IMG/VR virus record: IMGVR_UViG_3300012964_000011
Coordinates: 1-58,978 of that record
Strand: one strand, 5' to 3'
DNA length: 58,978 nt
Origin: a virus
Taxonomy: Duplodnaviria > Caudoviricetes
Position 1 is the first letter of the stretch, and the number at the start of each line of letters is the position of its first letter. Below are positions 28,515-37,648 of the stretch, in pieces. The notes beneath the pieces are model-generated. The model ran no database searches, was not told the origin of the DNA, and saw nothing but the letters and a program-made list of their open reading frames with translations. The position numbers were made by a program, and so were the translations under genes.

Positions 28515-29317
28515 TATGTGCCTACAATCCTATGACCCATGTTGTCCACGTCGTACACGGCGGATTGACTATGTAACTTACTTGGATTCACAGTTTGAAT
28601 GAAGTAATCAGTCAATGTCAGTCCCAATAGACCATTTGACAAATACTGCAAGGGATCAACAAATACCATGTTGACTCCCTGCCTGTTCAAACTCTGCACT
28701 GCTCTGGGCAATTTGCAAGAACTGTCACAAAGCATGCCCTTAGCTAGCTCAACGGCTAATTCCCCGAGTGCTACTTGTCCAAGTGGAGGAAGGGGTTGAC
28801 CGATGGTCAGCGTTACTGACCACGTGTTGACTTCTGTATCTGCAAAATTCAAGTCATTGCAGATAGGCCATGCAGCACCAAGACGCACTAACTTACGGAA
28901 GTCATCCAGCCGGTACGTAGATGGATTTAGTACTACTCCGTCAATTTTGACCTGTGTTATCTGGTAAACAGGAGACGGGAACCAGACTTCAGACACACTC
29001 GTACACGAGCATGTACCGAGGCATCCTCCACCGCATGTCAGATTGAACCAACTGCCGTTGTAATTCAGAGGTTGTGGCCACGTTTGCCCTGTCCACTCCC
29101 ACCAGTTACCGCCCATCAGAGGACCGTTGTCACACTCTCTACGGCATGGCCGGAATGTAACAGAGCACAGCCCGAACTGGTGCGCCGTAGCTGCGTACAG
29201 GATGTGTGCGGCTACCTGGACAGCCACTCCCGAAATTGCCTCAGATCCTGTAGGCATTGGGCATGACCAGACAGGAACGTCCCATCCGCTACACGGTAGA
29301 GAGCTGTAACCGGTCAT
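28514..29317 (-). CDS. head-to-tail adaptor
   Basis: Cys-rich; ILYAAT..QFG.C, C.LP..V.SL.RQGV. Confidence 0.75.
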   Translation of the reverse strand: MTGYSSLPCSGWDVPVWSCPMPTGSEAISGVAVQVAAHILYAATAHQFGLCSVTFRPCRRECDNGPLMGGNWWEWTGQTWPQPLNYNGSWFNLTCGGGCLGTCSCTSVSEVWFPSPVYQITQVKIDGVVLNPSTYRLDDFRKLVRLGAAWPICNDLNFADTEVNTWSVTLTIGQPLPPLGQVALGELAVELAKGMLCDSSCKLPRAVQSLNRQGVNMVFVDPLQYLSNGLLGLTLTDYFIQTVNPSKLHSQSAVYDVDNMGHRIVGT

Positions 29318-29345
29318 GTCCTGATGTCCTAATCATTTTCCTTAT

Positions 29346-29379
29346 GTTTAGAGCCGTACCTCTCGATACGGCTCTAAAC
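29346..29379 (-). terminator. hairpin after the major tail gene
   Basis: GTTTAGAGCCGTA / TACGGCTCTAAAC. Confidence 0.65.
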
Positions 29380-29407
29380 GGGGGTGGGTGAGAAGTGGCT
29401 AGTAGGT

Positions 29408-30079
29408 TTAGGCCAGTGTCACCGCTCCACATGCAGCTGTTGGAGGCGCGACAGCGGTCAGGTTGTATGCGTAGTGTTCAGTTGCCTGGAATCCAGTACC
29501 GTCAAGATATCCGTTTGGAGGTAGAACCGTAGGCAATACTCCCCAACGGGAACCCCATGACTTGGATTCGCAGGTGAACTTGAACTGAAGTACACCATTC
29601 TCGATGGAGAAGTCACCGAACTTGACATTACCCAGATTAGGCCATGCCCAGTACACGTACTGCTGAACACCAGCAGCATTACAGGCGTCTACTCCGGTGG
29701 CGTTCTGCCAAACCTCAAGAGAGAATCTGGAGGTTACCAGATCAGAACCGAAGAACACACCGGTACCAGTTGTCGCAGTCGATAGGAGTCGTTCCCCACC
29801 GACCTGGACAATCAAGTCAGGATCCAGGGTACAGAGGACAACTTCTAGCTCTACGCGCTTGAGCTGAGGATTACCACGCTCATTGACGCAAAACTCATCG
29901 TTTGCATTACGCTGTAGATACTCAGTCGGGTCTTCGTACTGCGGTGTCGGCTTGATACTGATGAACCCACTCGACACAATAAGTGAGCTAGCAGCGCCGG
30001 TAATCGGATTGCCGCAGACATCCAGAGCGATTGTACGCATCAACTTACCGCGTACCGCTCCTGTGCAGTTAGCAGTCAT
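29408..30079 (-). CDS. major tail (tube) protein
   Basis: G..MR...LD.CG, NAN..FCV, FSLEVW; strong RBS and downstream hairpin. Confidence 0.8.
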   Translation of the reverse strand: MTANCTGAVRGKLMRTIALDVCGNPITGAASSLIVSSGFISIKPTPQYEDPTEYLQRNANDEFCVNERGNPQLKRVELEVVLCTLDPDLIVQVGGERLLSTATTGTGVFFGSDLVTSRFSLEVWQNATGVDACNAAGVQQYVYWAWPNLGNVKFGDFSIENGVLQFKFTCESKSWGSRWGVLPTVLPPNGYLDGTGFQATEHYAYNLTAVAPPTAACGAVTLA

Positions 30080-30100
30080 TTTCTCCCCCGTTACCGACTA

Positions 30101-31063
30101 CTATCGTACTGTATCAGCCACACACAGTGTGCATTCCATGCACATTGGTACTGCTAGATGGCAACATTCGAAGCCTATAGTGTAATTGCGCTCTGCAATC
30201 ACACTTGCAGTGTTAGTAGATTTAATCAGCGAATCAGCACCAGAGATGATCGCTATGTCTGACCTGTAATAGAACACAGGTCCCGTTGCATAGATCCAGG
30301 TGGAGTTTGGATCAGGATTTGCACCATCCGGTCCCGTACCTGGATACCCGCCACCGATCACGTATATGTGTCCAGCTGGAGAACGAAGTTTTCCGTCACC
30401 TGTGCGGATCACCAGATTCTCATGCTCCAGCACTGCCAGTGCGACAGATGGAACATGGATCATTCCTTCACCAACCAGGCACGCTGCCAGGTTGGATTCC
30501 AACAGTCCTATGGCACATGGCGGAGTGATGCTGTGTCCAGTGACAACTGTAGCTGCCGTCTGAAGCGTGACCGTGTATCCGAGTGGATTCGTTTCTACAA
30601 ATGCTGTGTCTTCTGCCAAGTGCGGCATGACCACATTCGGCTGATTGTGCACATTCCCTGTCCAGAATGCACGTTCAACCTGAAAGTCTTCAGCTTTTGC
30701 ATACGCATCACGTATCAACTGCTCTTCTACGTCGAAGAAATCAACAGTCGAGCATCCCATACGTGAGAACACAGTAAATGGTGTAGTGCCTCTATCATCC
30801 AGGATCGCGTTGATGTTCTTGCATACACCATTCACGCACAAATACTCGGGAGCACCAGACGCCCAGGGAGAAGAGTTAATGCACTCATCATAAGTGACAT
30901 CAGCTCCACCACAGTTCGATCGCCATCCGACGCCGAACTGCCACTTGCCACTCGGCCCACCAGCTTCGGCAGTCCTATCCCTAGCCATCCTAAGCAGACT
31001 GTAGGGACTAGTGTCGTATTCCGGAGCACTGACCAGCAGTCTGGCGTTAACTCCCATTGCCAT
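30101..31063 (-). CDS. second capsid protein (putative pentamer or cement protein)
   Basis: Follows the major capsid gene; PFTV, VERAFW, GGGYPG, WIYATG, N...IAER pattern. Confidence 0.65.
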   Translation of the reverse strand: MAMGVNARLLVSAPEYDTSPYSLLRMARDRTAEAGGPSGKWQFGVGWRSNCGGADVTYDECINSSPWASGAPEYLCVNGVCKNINAILDDRGTTPFTVFSRMGCSTVDFFDVEEQLIRDAYAKAEDFQVERAFWTGNVHNQPNVVMPHLAEDTAFVETNPLGYTVTLQTAATVVTGHSITPPCAIGLLESNLAACLVGEGMIHVPSVALAVLEHENLVIRTGDGKLRSPAGHIYVIGGGYPGTGPDGANPDPNSTWIYATGPVFYYRSDIAIISGADSLIKSTNTASVIAERNYTIGFECCHLAVPMCMECTLCVADTVR

Positions 31064-31112
31064 TCCTCCTGATCAGTGCCCCGGAATCCCCCGATAACTC
31101 AACCTGTTGAAA

Positions 31113-32807
31113 CTAACAGGTTGGGCAAGTGTATGTCGTAGCTGCGCCAACCGTTCCGTTCGGGCATATCGGTACAGTCACCAGACGACTCTCGTGCCCA
31201 AACCTAGCTACCAGGAAGCACTCTTCCATCCAAGCAGCCGTGTGATCGTTCGTCGCGTTCAGTGTGGAATCCCGGACAACACCCAGATCCAGGGACATAC
31301 CGTTGCCGCGAACCCAAGTACCGGCAGCGTAGATCAGGAACTGAACCGTAGTCGGCCACGTGGTCATTTCGACCGTGCCCCGACCCGGGAATCCAGTAGC
31401 TCTGACCTGCCAGTCCTGCACGAACTGCACCCGGACAGACCGGATGTTGAACCAGTTCGCGATCTGTGCGTTGGATATCTGGAAGTTGAAGTCCGGCGAT
31501 CCATAGACCCTCTTTGCGAGGTCGGCACGGATGCCACCGAGAATCCAGTCTGGCAGTACGACTTCCAGAACTTCCCAACTGTTCATCGCGTACCTGGTGC
31601 GGTAGTCGATCGCCTGCATCTCGATCGCGTCGAGAACTGGGACCGTGAGTCCGGTACCGGTCGGGCAAACGCTGACCGTGATGGAACCGGTGCATGTCGC
31701 ATCATTGTTCGCAGCAGCCATCTGTGCGATGACAGCAGCGTTGATGCGGTGCACATGACCGGCATTAACCAGTCGGAGGTAGTTTGCGATGCTCTCTGGC
31801 CATGCGCTGGTTGCCAGGTTACCGGCAGTCACACAGAGACCCTCACACTGCAAACGCTTCTCACAGTAGCTGGCACACGGTACGTGGCAACAGGTCTTGG
31901 TGCCGGACTGAGAGGTACCGGTGAGTGCTGCAATGTCCTGTGTCTCATTCCAAGCCCATAGACACGTAACGTCGCTCAGATCCTTGAAACTCGGTGAGAT
32001 TGGCCAGCGGATACCGCCACGGCGAATACCGATGGTCGGAAGGTCCAAGAGGCCATCCGTACCAACGATCTCGTAAAAGTCGTATTTGATCTCAGACGGG
32101 CTGCACCATCCGCCAGATGCAACCAGTGCCGCAGGGTTAGCGACTTCCCGCATCAATTCCTGGACATCCGCAGGAGACGTGTTGTCATCCATCACCGTGC
32201 GGAACTGGCGCTGTAGTGCAGCCACAGGATAGAAGGTCGGGACGCGGGATTTGGTGACCGGAAGTGCCTTTGCTCTAGAGGTCATGGCAGCAATGAGTGC
32301 TTCCATGTTCTCCAGTTTTCCGCCGGTTGCAAATCCAGGGATATCGGCAGAGGCAACCAGAGCACTCTGTGCAAACTTGTCTGTCAGTTTGGGCTGACTA
32401 CCGGTTGGCACGTAGTTCGCAGCGTCAGCGAGCCGGGCGTTGAGCTTGTTACCGTCACTGATGACGTGCTCAACTGGCGTCTTGGACTTGGTTGCAGCTG
32501 CAACAACAGGCTCTGGATCAGCAGGAGCCGGTTCAACCGGTGCCGTGATCTCTGAAACCTGGCTCATTCTGCTGGAAAGCGTCTCTACACTGAGTGCAAC
32601 AGTCTCCGTAGAGAGCTGAGCAGTCCTGGTGGACAGTTCAGTGGATGCAGCTTCCGCAATCTCTACCAGTTCAAGCATTTGAGCATCGTCATTGGCCTCT
32701 AGCGCCAGTGCGAATGCCGATTTAGCGTTGGTGACCAGAGCAGAGAGTTCTTCATTGGACAGTGCGGTATAGTCACTAGGACGCGTTACCGCCGGTGTGT
32801 CTGGCAT
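31113..32807 (-). CDS. major capsid protein with an N-terminal scaffold-like domain
   Basis: Helical Ala/Glu-rich N-terminus, LVASGGWCSPSE, LDLP....RGGI, LDLGVVRDSTLNATND; GC-rich codons. Confidence 0.85.
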   Translation of the reverse strand: MPDTPAVTRPSDYTALSNEELSALVTNAKSAFALALEANDDAQMLELVEIAEAASTELSTRTAQLSTETVALSVETLSSRMSQVSEITAPVEPAPADPEPVVAAATKSKTPVEHVISDGNKLNARLADAANYVPTGSQPKLTDKFAQSALVASADIPGFATGGKLENMEALIAAMTSRAKALPVTKSRVPTFYPVAALQRQFRTVMDDNTSPADVQELMREVANPAALVASGGWCSPSEIKYDFYEIVGTDGLLDLPTIGIRRGGIRWPISPSFKDLSDVTCLWAWNETQDIAALTGTSQSGTKTCCHVPCASYCEKRLQCEGLCVTAGNLATSAWPESIANYLRLVNAGHVHRINAAVIAQMAAANNDATCTGSITVSVCPTGTGLTVPVLDAIEMQAIDYRTRYAMNSWEVLEVVLPDWILGGIRADLAKRVYGSPDFNFQISNAQIANWFNIRSVRVQFVQDWQVRATGFPGRGTVEMTTWPTTVQFLIYAAGTWVRGNGMSLDLGVVRDSTLNATNDHTAAWMEECFLVARFGHESRLVTVPICPNGTVGAATTYTCPTC

Positions 32808-32856
32808 TTTTTCCCCCGTTACCGCTTTTCCCTATTGACTTTACACGCTGCTTCGC

Positions 32857-32886
32857 ATAGTACACACTCCGAAACACAAATGTAAA
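32857..32886 (-). promoter_or_regulatory. capsid gene promoter
   Basis: TTTACA-N18-TACTAT on the minus strand. Confidence 0.5.
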
Positions 32887-32893
32887 GCAGGTC

Positions 32894-33067
32894 CTACCTA
32901 CTATTTGCGTTTCGGAGTGCGGCTATGATGCTGGCTGATGTCATTCCAGCATTACGCCTACGATTGTCAATAGGCGCAGCATTATCTGTTGTTTGCACAT
33001 TAGTACTGCTACTGGAAGCATTCTGGATATTAGCCGGACGCTTCCTGCCTCCACCACAAGCACACAT
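32894..33067 (-). CDS. small MCxCG-type head-region protein
   Basis: MCACGGG start with AGGAG RBS. Confidence 0.55.
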   Translation of the reverse strand: MCACGGGRKRPANIQNASSSSTNVQTTDNAAPIDNRRRNAGMTSASIIAALRNANSR

Positions 33068-33075
33068 CTCGTCTC

Positions 33076-35343
33076 CTAGATCATACATATTCTAGATGTA
33101 GCACATTTACGAACACTTTCTTTCATCCTGGCAGCAAGATTATCACGTTTCTTACACGCGTAATCGTCTGTCATAGATTTGAACATAGCTAGTTGTGCTG
33201 GAGTAAGAGAGTCCAGGGGGGATGATGTATCCGGATTATCAGTGATGATCTCTACATCAACTGGTTCTTCCGCAGGATGTGTCCAGATACCAGCTGCAAC
33301 CAGAGCTGTCTGTTGCCCGGAGGCGACCATGGTAGACAACCTAGGAACTGGAAATCCGGGAACGTTGACTGCGAGCATTGCCACAAGTCGCAGTGCGCCC
33401 TTGATGCCTCGCCAGTCTCCAGATAGTTTTGCTGCCCGTAGTTCAGATACCTTTGTATCTGGAACATCTGGCCGAATCTTTCCAGAGATCCAGATACCAT
33501 AATCATCACAACCACTGGCAACATCTGCCACTACGGTACCGGTGTTGTCATAGTGTGCTACAGCCTTTTCAGCGTCCACACCATACGTAGACGCATGACC
33601 GGTGTCCATGGTGATGGTTCCTGTAGCTACCTCACCAGCGTCTGTCAGAACAGATCCTAGACGGTAATACTCATGTGCATCCTCGTAAGGAGGCTGTACA
33701 CATACCCCCTGGATTCCGGTATGGCAGGTTCCGAAAATCGCAGCATGACCTGAAATACGGCCATCATCTGTGACGGTTACTGGTGTGGGACCATCAAACT
33801 TTGGGTCTTCAAAGTAAGAACGGGATGGAAGCACTGCACTGGCAGTCATAGCAACTTCGTGAACACAGTTGATCTGGGACTCAACGAATGCGGGCAGTGC
33901 AACTACCGTAGCTCCTCTGATCCTTCCAGAATGAATGATCTTGTTTTCCAGGATAGGCGGACCATCCCCGACACTGGGAGCAAACACGTACTCGATGTCC
34001 GCCTCGGAGACATCGTCAACGTCTACGGAAACACCCTTAAGGAAACCATCGTGCACCATTCTGTGTACTTCAAAACCGTTTCCAACCATGTCGAATATGC
34101 CGCTACCTCTGATGATCGACATGTCCTCTGGATCTCTCCAGATATTTTCGATCATCCCAGATATTACAGCTCCCTCGTGTCCAGGGAGGGAGGATGGTTG
34201 CCATTGGAACGGTTCCGGTAGATTTGCCCATGTAAGGGATCCGGGTGCGAATGTCCTGCCATCCCCAGTAGGTCTACCCTCTACGACCAGCACCCCTGTC
34301 CAGGGGATATTTGTAATAGTATCTACATCACTTGCAAATATTTCAGTGTTACTTGCCATACCAACATCTAGATAAGACTGATGATCTTCCATAGATTCTG
34401 TAGCATCGCTTAACGATGGTTCAGCTGCATACAAGGCACGCAATTGCCGGAACGCACTTTGCGCAGTGTCATGGCATCCCATGACCTCGCCGCTACCCTC
34501 TTTGACTACGGCATAGGGCTTACTGTCTTCACACTGCTCTGATCGCACTACTTTGTATGGCATGACGTCCCCCGTGCGTGCCAAAGGAATATCAGTTACC
34601 TGATCATCGTATGCTACCCGTACCTTGTCAAAAGTAATAGGTCCCAATCTATCCATAGCCGCATCATGCACATCTGGATCCAGGGTGTAACCCAAGGTTA
34701 TATGTGCTACGAATGGTGAATGCTGCTTACGAACTGAATCTCCCAGAACATCACGAGCGGACATTTCTGCCATCGTGTGAACTGTCATTAGTTCATTGTC
34801 GTTGTCACCAACATTGAGAACAATTGCCGGATTATCCAGGGGATTAAATGTGGATACTCCGAAAACATTTGCGGATATCTGTGAAATACCAGATACACGT
34901 TGTGCCACACTCATGATCAGATCATCTGGATTAAGTGCGAGTGTATCTGTCTTACCCAGATACATAAGTGTTAGATGTATACTCTCCCTGGGCTCACGTC
35001 CATCTACTGCCAGTTTATCGAGATCACTCTCACTGGGAACCAGTGCGATCATCACGCCATCACTGTTTTCAGCACTGGCTCTGATGGCTGAATCCAGCAG
35101 TTTGCAGGATGTGACCTTACCTAAATACGTCTGTTGTCTGGCACCAGCTGACGTTGCAGAGACATGCTCGTCCACGAGGGTGAGGATGTCTCGGATCGAC
35201 AGTCGAGCGCACTCATCTATCGTAGATTGTACATATTTTGCGGCATCGATTATTTCTTTGCCCGACCTCGACAGCGTCATGCCATGTCGGCCGTAAGACT
35301 TGAAAGTTGAGTAGATCAATTCCCCGTCCATATGCCTACTCAA
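33076..35343 (-). CDS. 2H phosphoesterase fused to a capsid maturation protease
   Basis: GVMIALVP, HLTLMYLG and HITLGY (two HxT motifs); then EGRPTGDGR, GVSVD, GATVV..PAF, LSGDWR, AVNVPGFP; lies between portal and capsid. Confidence 0.8.
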   Translation of the reverse strand: MSRHMDGELIYSTFKSYGRHGMTLSRSGKEIIDAAKYVQSTIDECARLSIRDILTLVDEHVSATSAGARQQTYLGKVTSCKLLDSAIRASAENSDGVMIALVPSESDLDKLAVDGREPRESIHLTLMYLGKTDTLALNPDDLIMSVAQRVSGISQISANVFGVSTFNPLDNPAIVLNVGDNDNELMTVHTMAEMSARDVLGDSVRKQHSPFVAHITLGYTLDPDVHDAAMDRLGPITFDKVRVAYDDQVTDIPLARTGDVMPYKVVRSEQCEDSKPYAVVKEGSGEVMGCHDTAQSAFRQLRALYAAEPSLSDATESMEDHQSYLDVGMASNTEIFASDVDTITNIPWTGVLVVEGRPTGDGRTFAPGSLTWANLPEPFQWQPSSLPGHEGAVISGMIENIWRDPEDMSIIRGSGIFDMVGNGFEVHRMVHDGFLKGVSVDVDDVSEADIEYVFAPSVGDGPPILENKIIHSGRIRGATVVALPAFVESQINCVHEVAMTASAVLPSRSYFEDPKFDGPTPVTVTDDGRISGHAAIFGTCHTGIQGVCVQPPYEDAHEYYRLGSVLTDAGEVATGTITMDTGHASTYGVDAEKAVAHYDNTGTVVADVASGCDDYGIWISGKIRPDVPDTKVSELRAAKLSGDWRGIKGALRLVAMLAVNVPGFPVPRLSTMVASGQQTALVAAGIWTHPAEEPVDVEIITDNPDTSSPLDSLTPAQLAMFKSMTDDYACKKRDNLAARMKESVRKCATSRICMI

Positions 35344-36995
35344 CTTTCCAATTGACGTACATTGGCTGGTGCCTTGCTCCGCATTCCCTTTCCACTGTCT
35401 TTCTTGACAGTGTCTGGCCTAGTTCCTGGTGGTTCTTTGGCAGTCGTCTTGGAAACTAGTGACGGATCTACAGGTTCAACATCTGTGTCAATACCTGGAT
35501 GTTGCATATCATTTGGATTCTTGACCTTACTGATGATGTCTAACATTTCATCATTAGGTACGTCATTGAGCAGTAGTGCAAGTGCTGTCAACGAATCAGC
35601 ATTGGCAGACATCGCGATACGCCGAAGTACGATGTCTCGAATCTCTTTGTCATCCGGTGCATCGTCTTCTGGATCGAACCCGGAAGCGTCACGAAGGGTT
35701 GAGCCCTTAAGCTCGCCACGGTCGAACATTTCCTGTGCTGGCACTGTCCTGTCCGGCACCTGTGACAGTTCAGACGTGTCATACCACATGACGTAACGTC
35801 CACCGTCAGATCGCACCTCTGGCACCTTGTTGGCTGCCAGCATAGGCCCGAGGAATCCAAGGGAGAGTCCGTTACAGATGGTTTCCGCACCAGGAGAAAT
35901 GTAGATCTTGATAGCTGACTCTTCCATTTGCCACTGTCCCCAGTGGTTAATATCAGACATACCAGTCAAAATTTCAGTTGGTATGTTGATGGAAGTAGCC
36001 AAACGCTTTATTGCACGTTCCCTGTCCTCATAGACCTTATCTCCCATTTCGGTAGAAAAGGTCATATGACGGAATGATTCTATGTACTGTGAAGGAACAC
36101 GAATCGGGATAGGAACTGCCGCTGCCGCGGATCCAGGGTTTTGGATAGCTTTAGACGCTATGTCTACTAGATCAGCAATGAAGGGGTCTGGTGCGTTCTT
36201 GTGCTGAGGCTTGGACGGTAGTTGTACCTCATCTGGGATCAACAGGATGCCGTTTGACGCCAACCTGGATAGCAGAATGGCAACTATGTATCGATTATAG
36301 AAGTCAATCTCTTTGAGAATTGGTAGTGCTGCTATGACGGCAGATGATGCCTCACACGCGTACTCATCATCTTCTTGCCAAATACGGGCAACCAGCGTAT
36401 CAGGTCCGAGTGTACGCCACTCATTCTTGACGTCCCCCATGACGTCGTATCGGTTGTGGATTGACGTTTTCCCGTTGCTAGTAGCCTTGACATAGGTACC
36501 TGATTTACGTAGCTCAGAGTTAGATCTGACAGACCACACCCGCTGTCCGTCTACCTCTTCACCAACCAGGTAGGACTCACCCGGTACGGCCAGCTGAACA
36601 GCCAGCTTACGCATCAGTGCAGCTTGCCCGCCGATTCCTCCGCCCAGTTCCTCAACCAGGTTGGACACTGCTACAGCTTCAGTGTCAGCATCTTTATTGT
36701 TGATGATGATCTGAGGATCTTGCCCAGGATAGGCGATTGCTGCCCGAATCCGGACACGGGACATGCTGTTGCCATACCAATCATGGATGGCAAAGTGAAG
36801 TTCTCCCATATTCTTGTAATAGTTCCAAGCTTCAGCCTGGACTGATGTGCGCTGTATGATAAAACTACGAGATAGATCGTCAACCAGTTGTGCAGACGCG
36901 GTGATTCCACTATCACTAATGACTGATCTCTTAGTCATTTGACGTGGCTTGAGTGACACAGGATTACTCCTGCGCACATGTCTACGCTCCGCCAT
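35340..36995 (-). CDS. portal protein
   Basis: QAEAWNYY...GEL, L.VPGE.Y, SRLA.NGIL..P, NHW..W; position after the terminase. Confidence 0.85.
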   Translation of the reverse strand: MAERRHVRRSNPVSLKPRQMTKRSVISDSGITASAQLVDDLSRSFIIQRTSVQAEAWNYYKNMGELHFAIHDWYGNSMSRVRIRAAIAYPGQDPQIIINNKDADTEAVAVSNLVEELGGGIGGQAALMRKLAVQLAVPGESYLVGEEVDGQRVWSVRSNSELRKSGTYVKATSNGKTSIHNRYDVMGDVKNEWRTLGPDTLVARIWQEDDEYACEASSAVIAALPILKEIDFYNRYIVAILLSRLASNGILLIPDEVQLPSKPQHKNAPDPFIADLVDIASKAIQNPGSAAAAVPIPIRVPSQYIESFRHMTFSTEMGDKVYEDRERAIKRLATSINIPTEILTGMSDINHWGQWQMEESAIKIYISPGAETICNGLSLGFLGPMLAANKVPEVRSDGGRYVMWYDTSELSQVPDRTVPAQEMFDRGELKGSTLRDASGFDPEDDAPDDKEIRDIVLRRIAMSANADSLTALALLLNDVPNDEMLDIISKVKNPNDMQHPGIDTDVEPVDPSLVSKTTAKEPPGTRPDTVKKDSGKGMRSKAPANVRQLES

Positions 36996-37051
36996 GTTAC
37001 CCCCGTAAACTCAAGCCTGTTCGATAGCATAGACCATCTAGCTTGTCAACA

Positions 37052-37387
37052 CTAGTCTTCCGATTTTTCCTCCGGCTCCATGTTGGCAATCAAACCAGTC
37101 AATGATGATGCTGATAGACCTACCAATACCCATACAGTCCAGGGGAACCAGGATTGATGCATGACATTAGTCGTGTACAGTGCTAGCCCGGTGGTAAGAG
37201 CAGCAGATACCCACACTCCAGAGCACCAGTCACACTGTGTCAGATATGCAAACCAGTGCTCAGACCCCAGTTTGCGGTCTATCCACTCCCTGGGCAGTCG
37301 AACCAGGGGAATGTAGTCACGTGTCACTAGCCTTGTCACTCTGTGAGTGGCAAAAGTCAATAGAACTAGAATAAGCCATCCTGACAT
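37052..37387 (-). CDS. DUF1360-like membrane protein
   Basis: RVTRLVTRD.I...R, CDWC.GVWVS. Confidence 0.7.
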   Translation of the reverse strand: MSGWLILVLLTFATHRVTRLVTRDYIPLVRLPREWIDRKLGSEHWFAYLTQCDWCSGVWVSAALTTGLALYTTNVMHQSWFPWTVWVLVGLSASSLTGLIANMEPEEKSED

Positions 37388-37404
37388 AAATGCAGAATAG
37401 CAGA

Positions 37405-37454
37405 AAACTCGGTAGGCATTCCTCCCTGGCCTTTAAGGAGTGCCTACCGAGTTT
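37405..37454 (-). terminator. long hairpin followed by a U-tract on the minus strand
   Basis: AAACTCGGTAGGCATTCCT / AGGAGTGCCTACCGAGTTT. Confidence 0.7.
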
Positions 37455-37486
37455 GCTTCTACCCTACCGTGGGCAGGGTGAGTGTA

Positions 37487-37648
37487 TCACCTATCATTCA
37501 TCCTATAGGCGATGTACAGGCTTGAGGTGAAAGTACACAATGCTCCTAAAATCAGGATCATTGGCACACTAGCCACATTTTCAATTGCTGCCAGCACCAT
37601 CAACACTGCCCAGAAGAACACATTCACTGTCTGTACTAAACTCTTCAT
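37487..37648 (-). CDS. small membrane protein
   Basis: TAATG coupling to the terminase; two TM segments. Confidence 0.55.
   Translation of the reverse strand: MKSLVQTVNVFFWAVLMVLAAIENVASVPMILILGALCTFTSSLYIAYRMNDR

Noticed and set aside
31107-31961. 284-aa plus-strand ORF
   Set aside because: Shadow of the GC-rich major capsid gene
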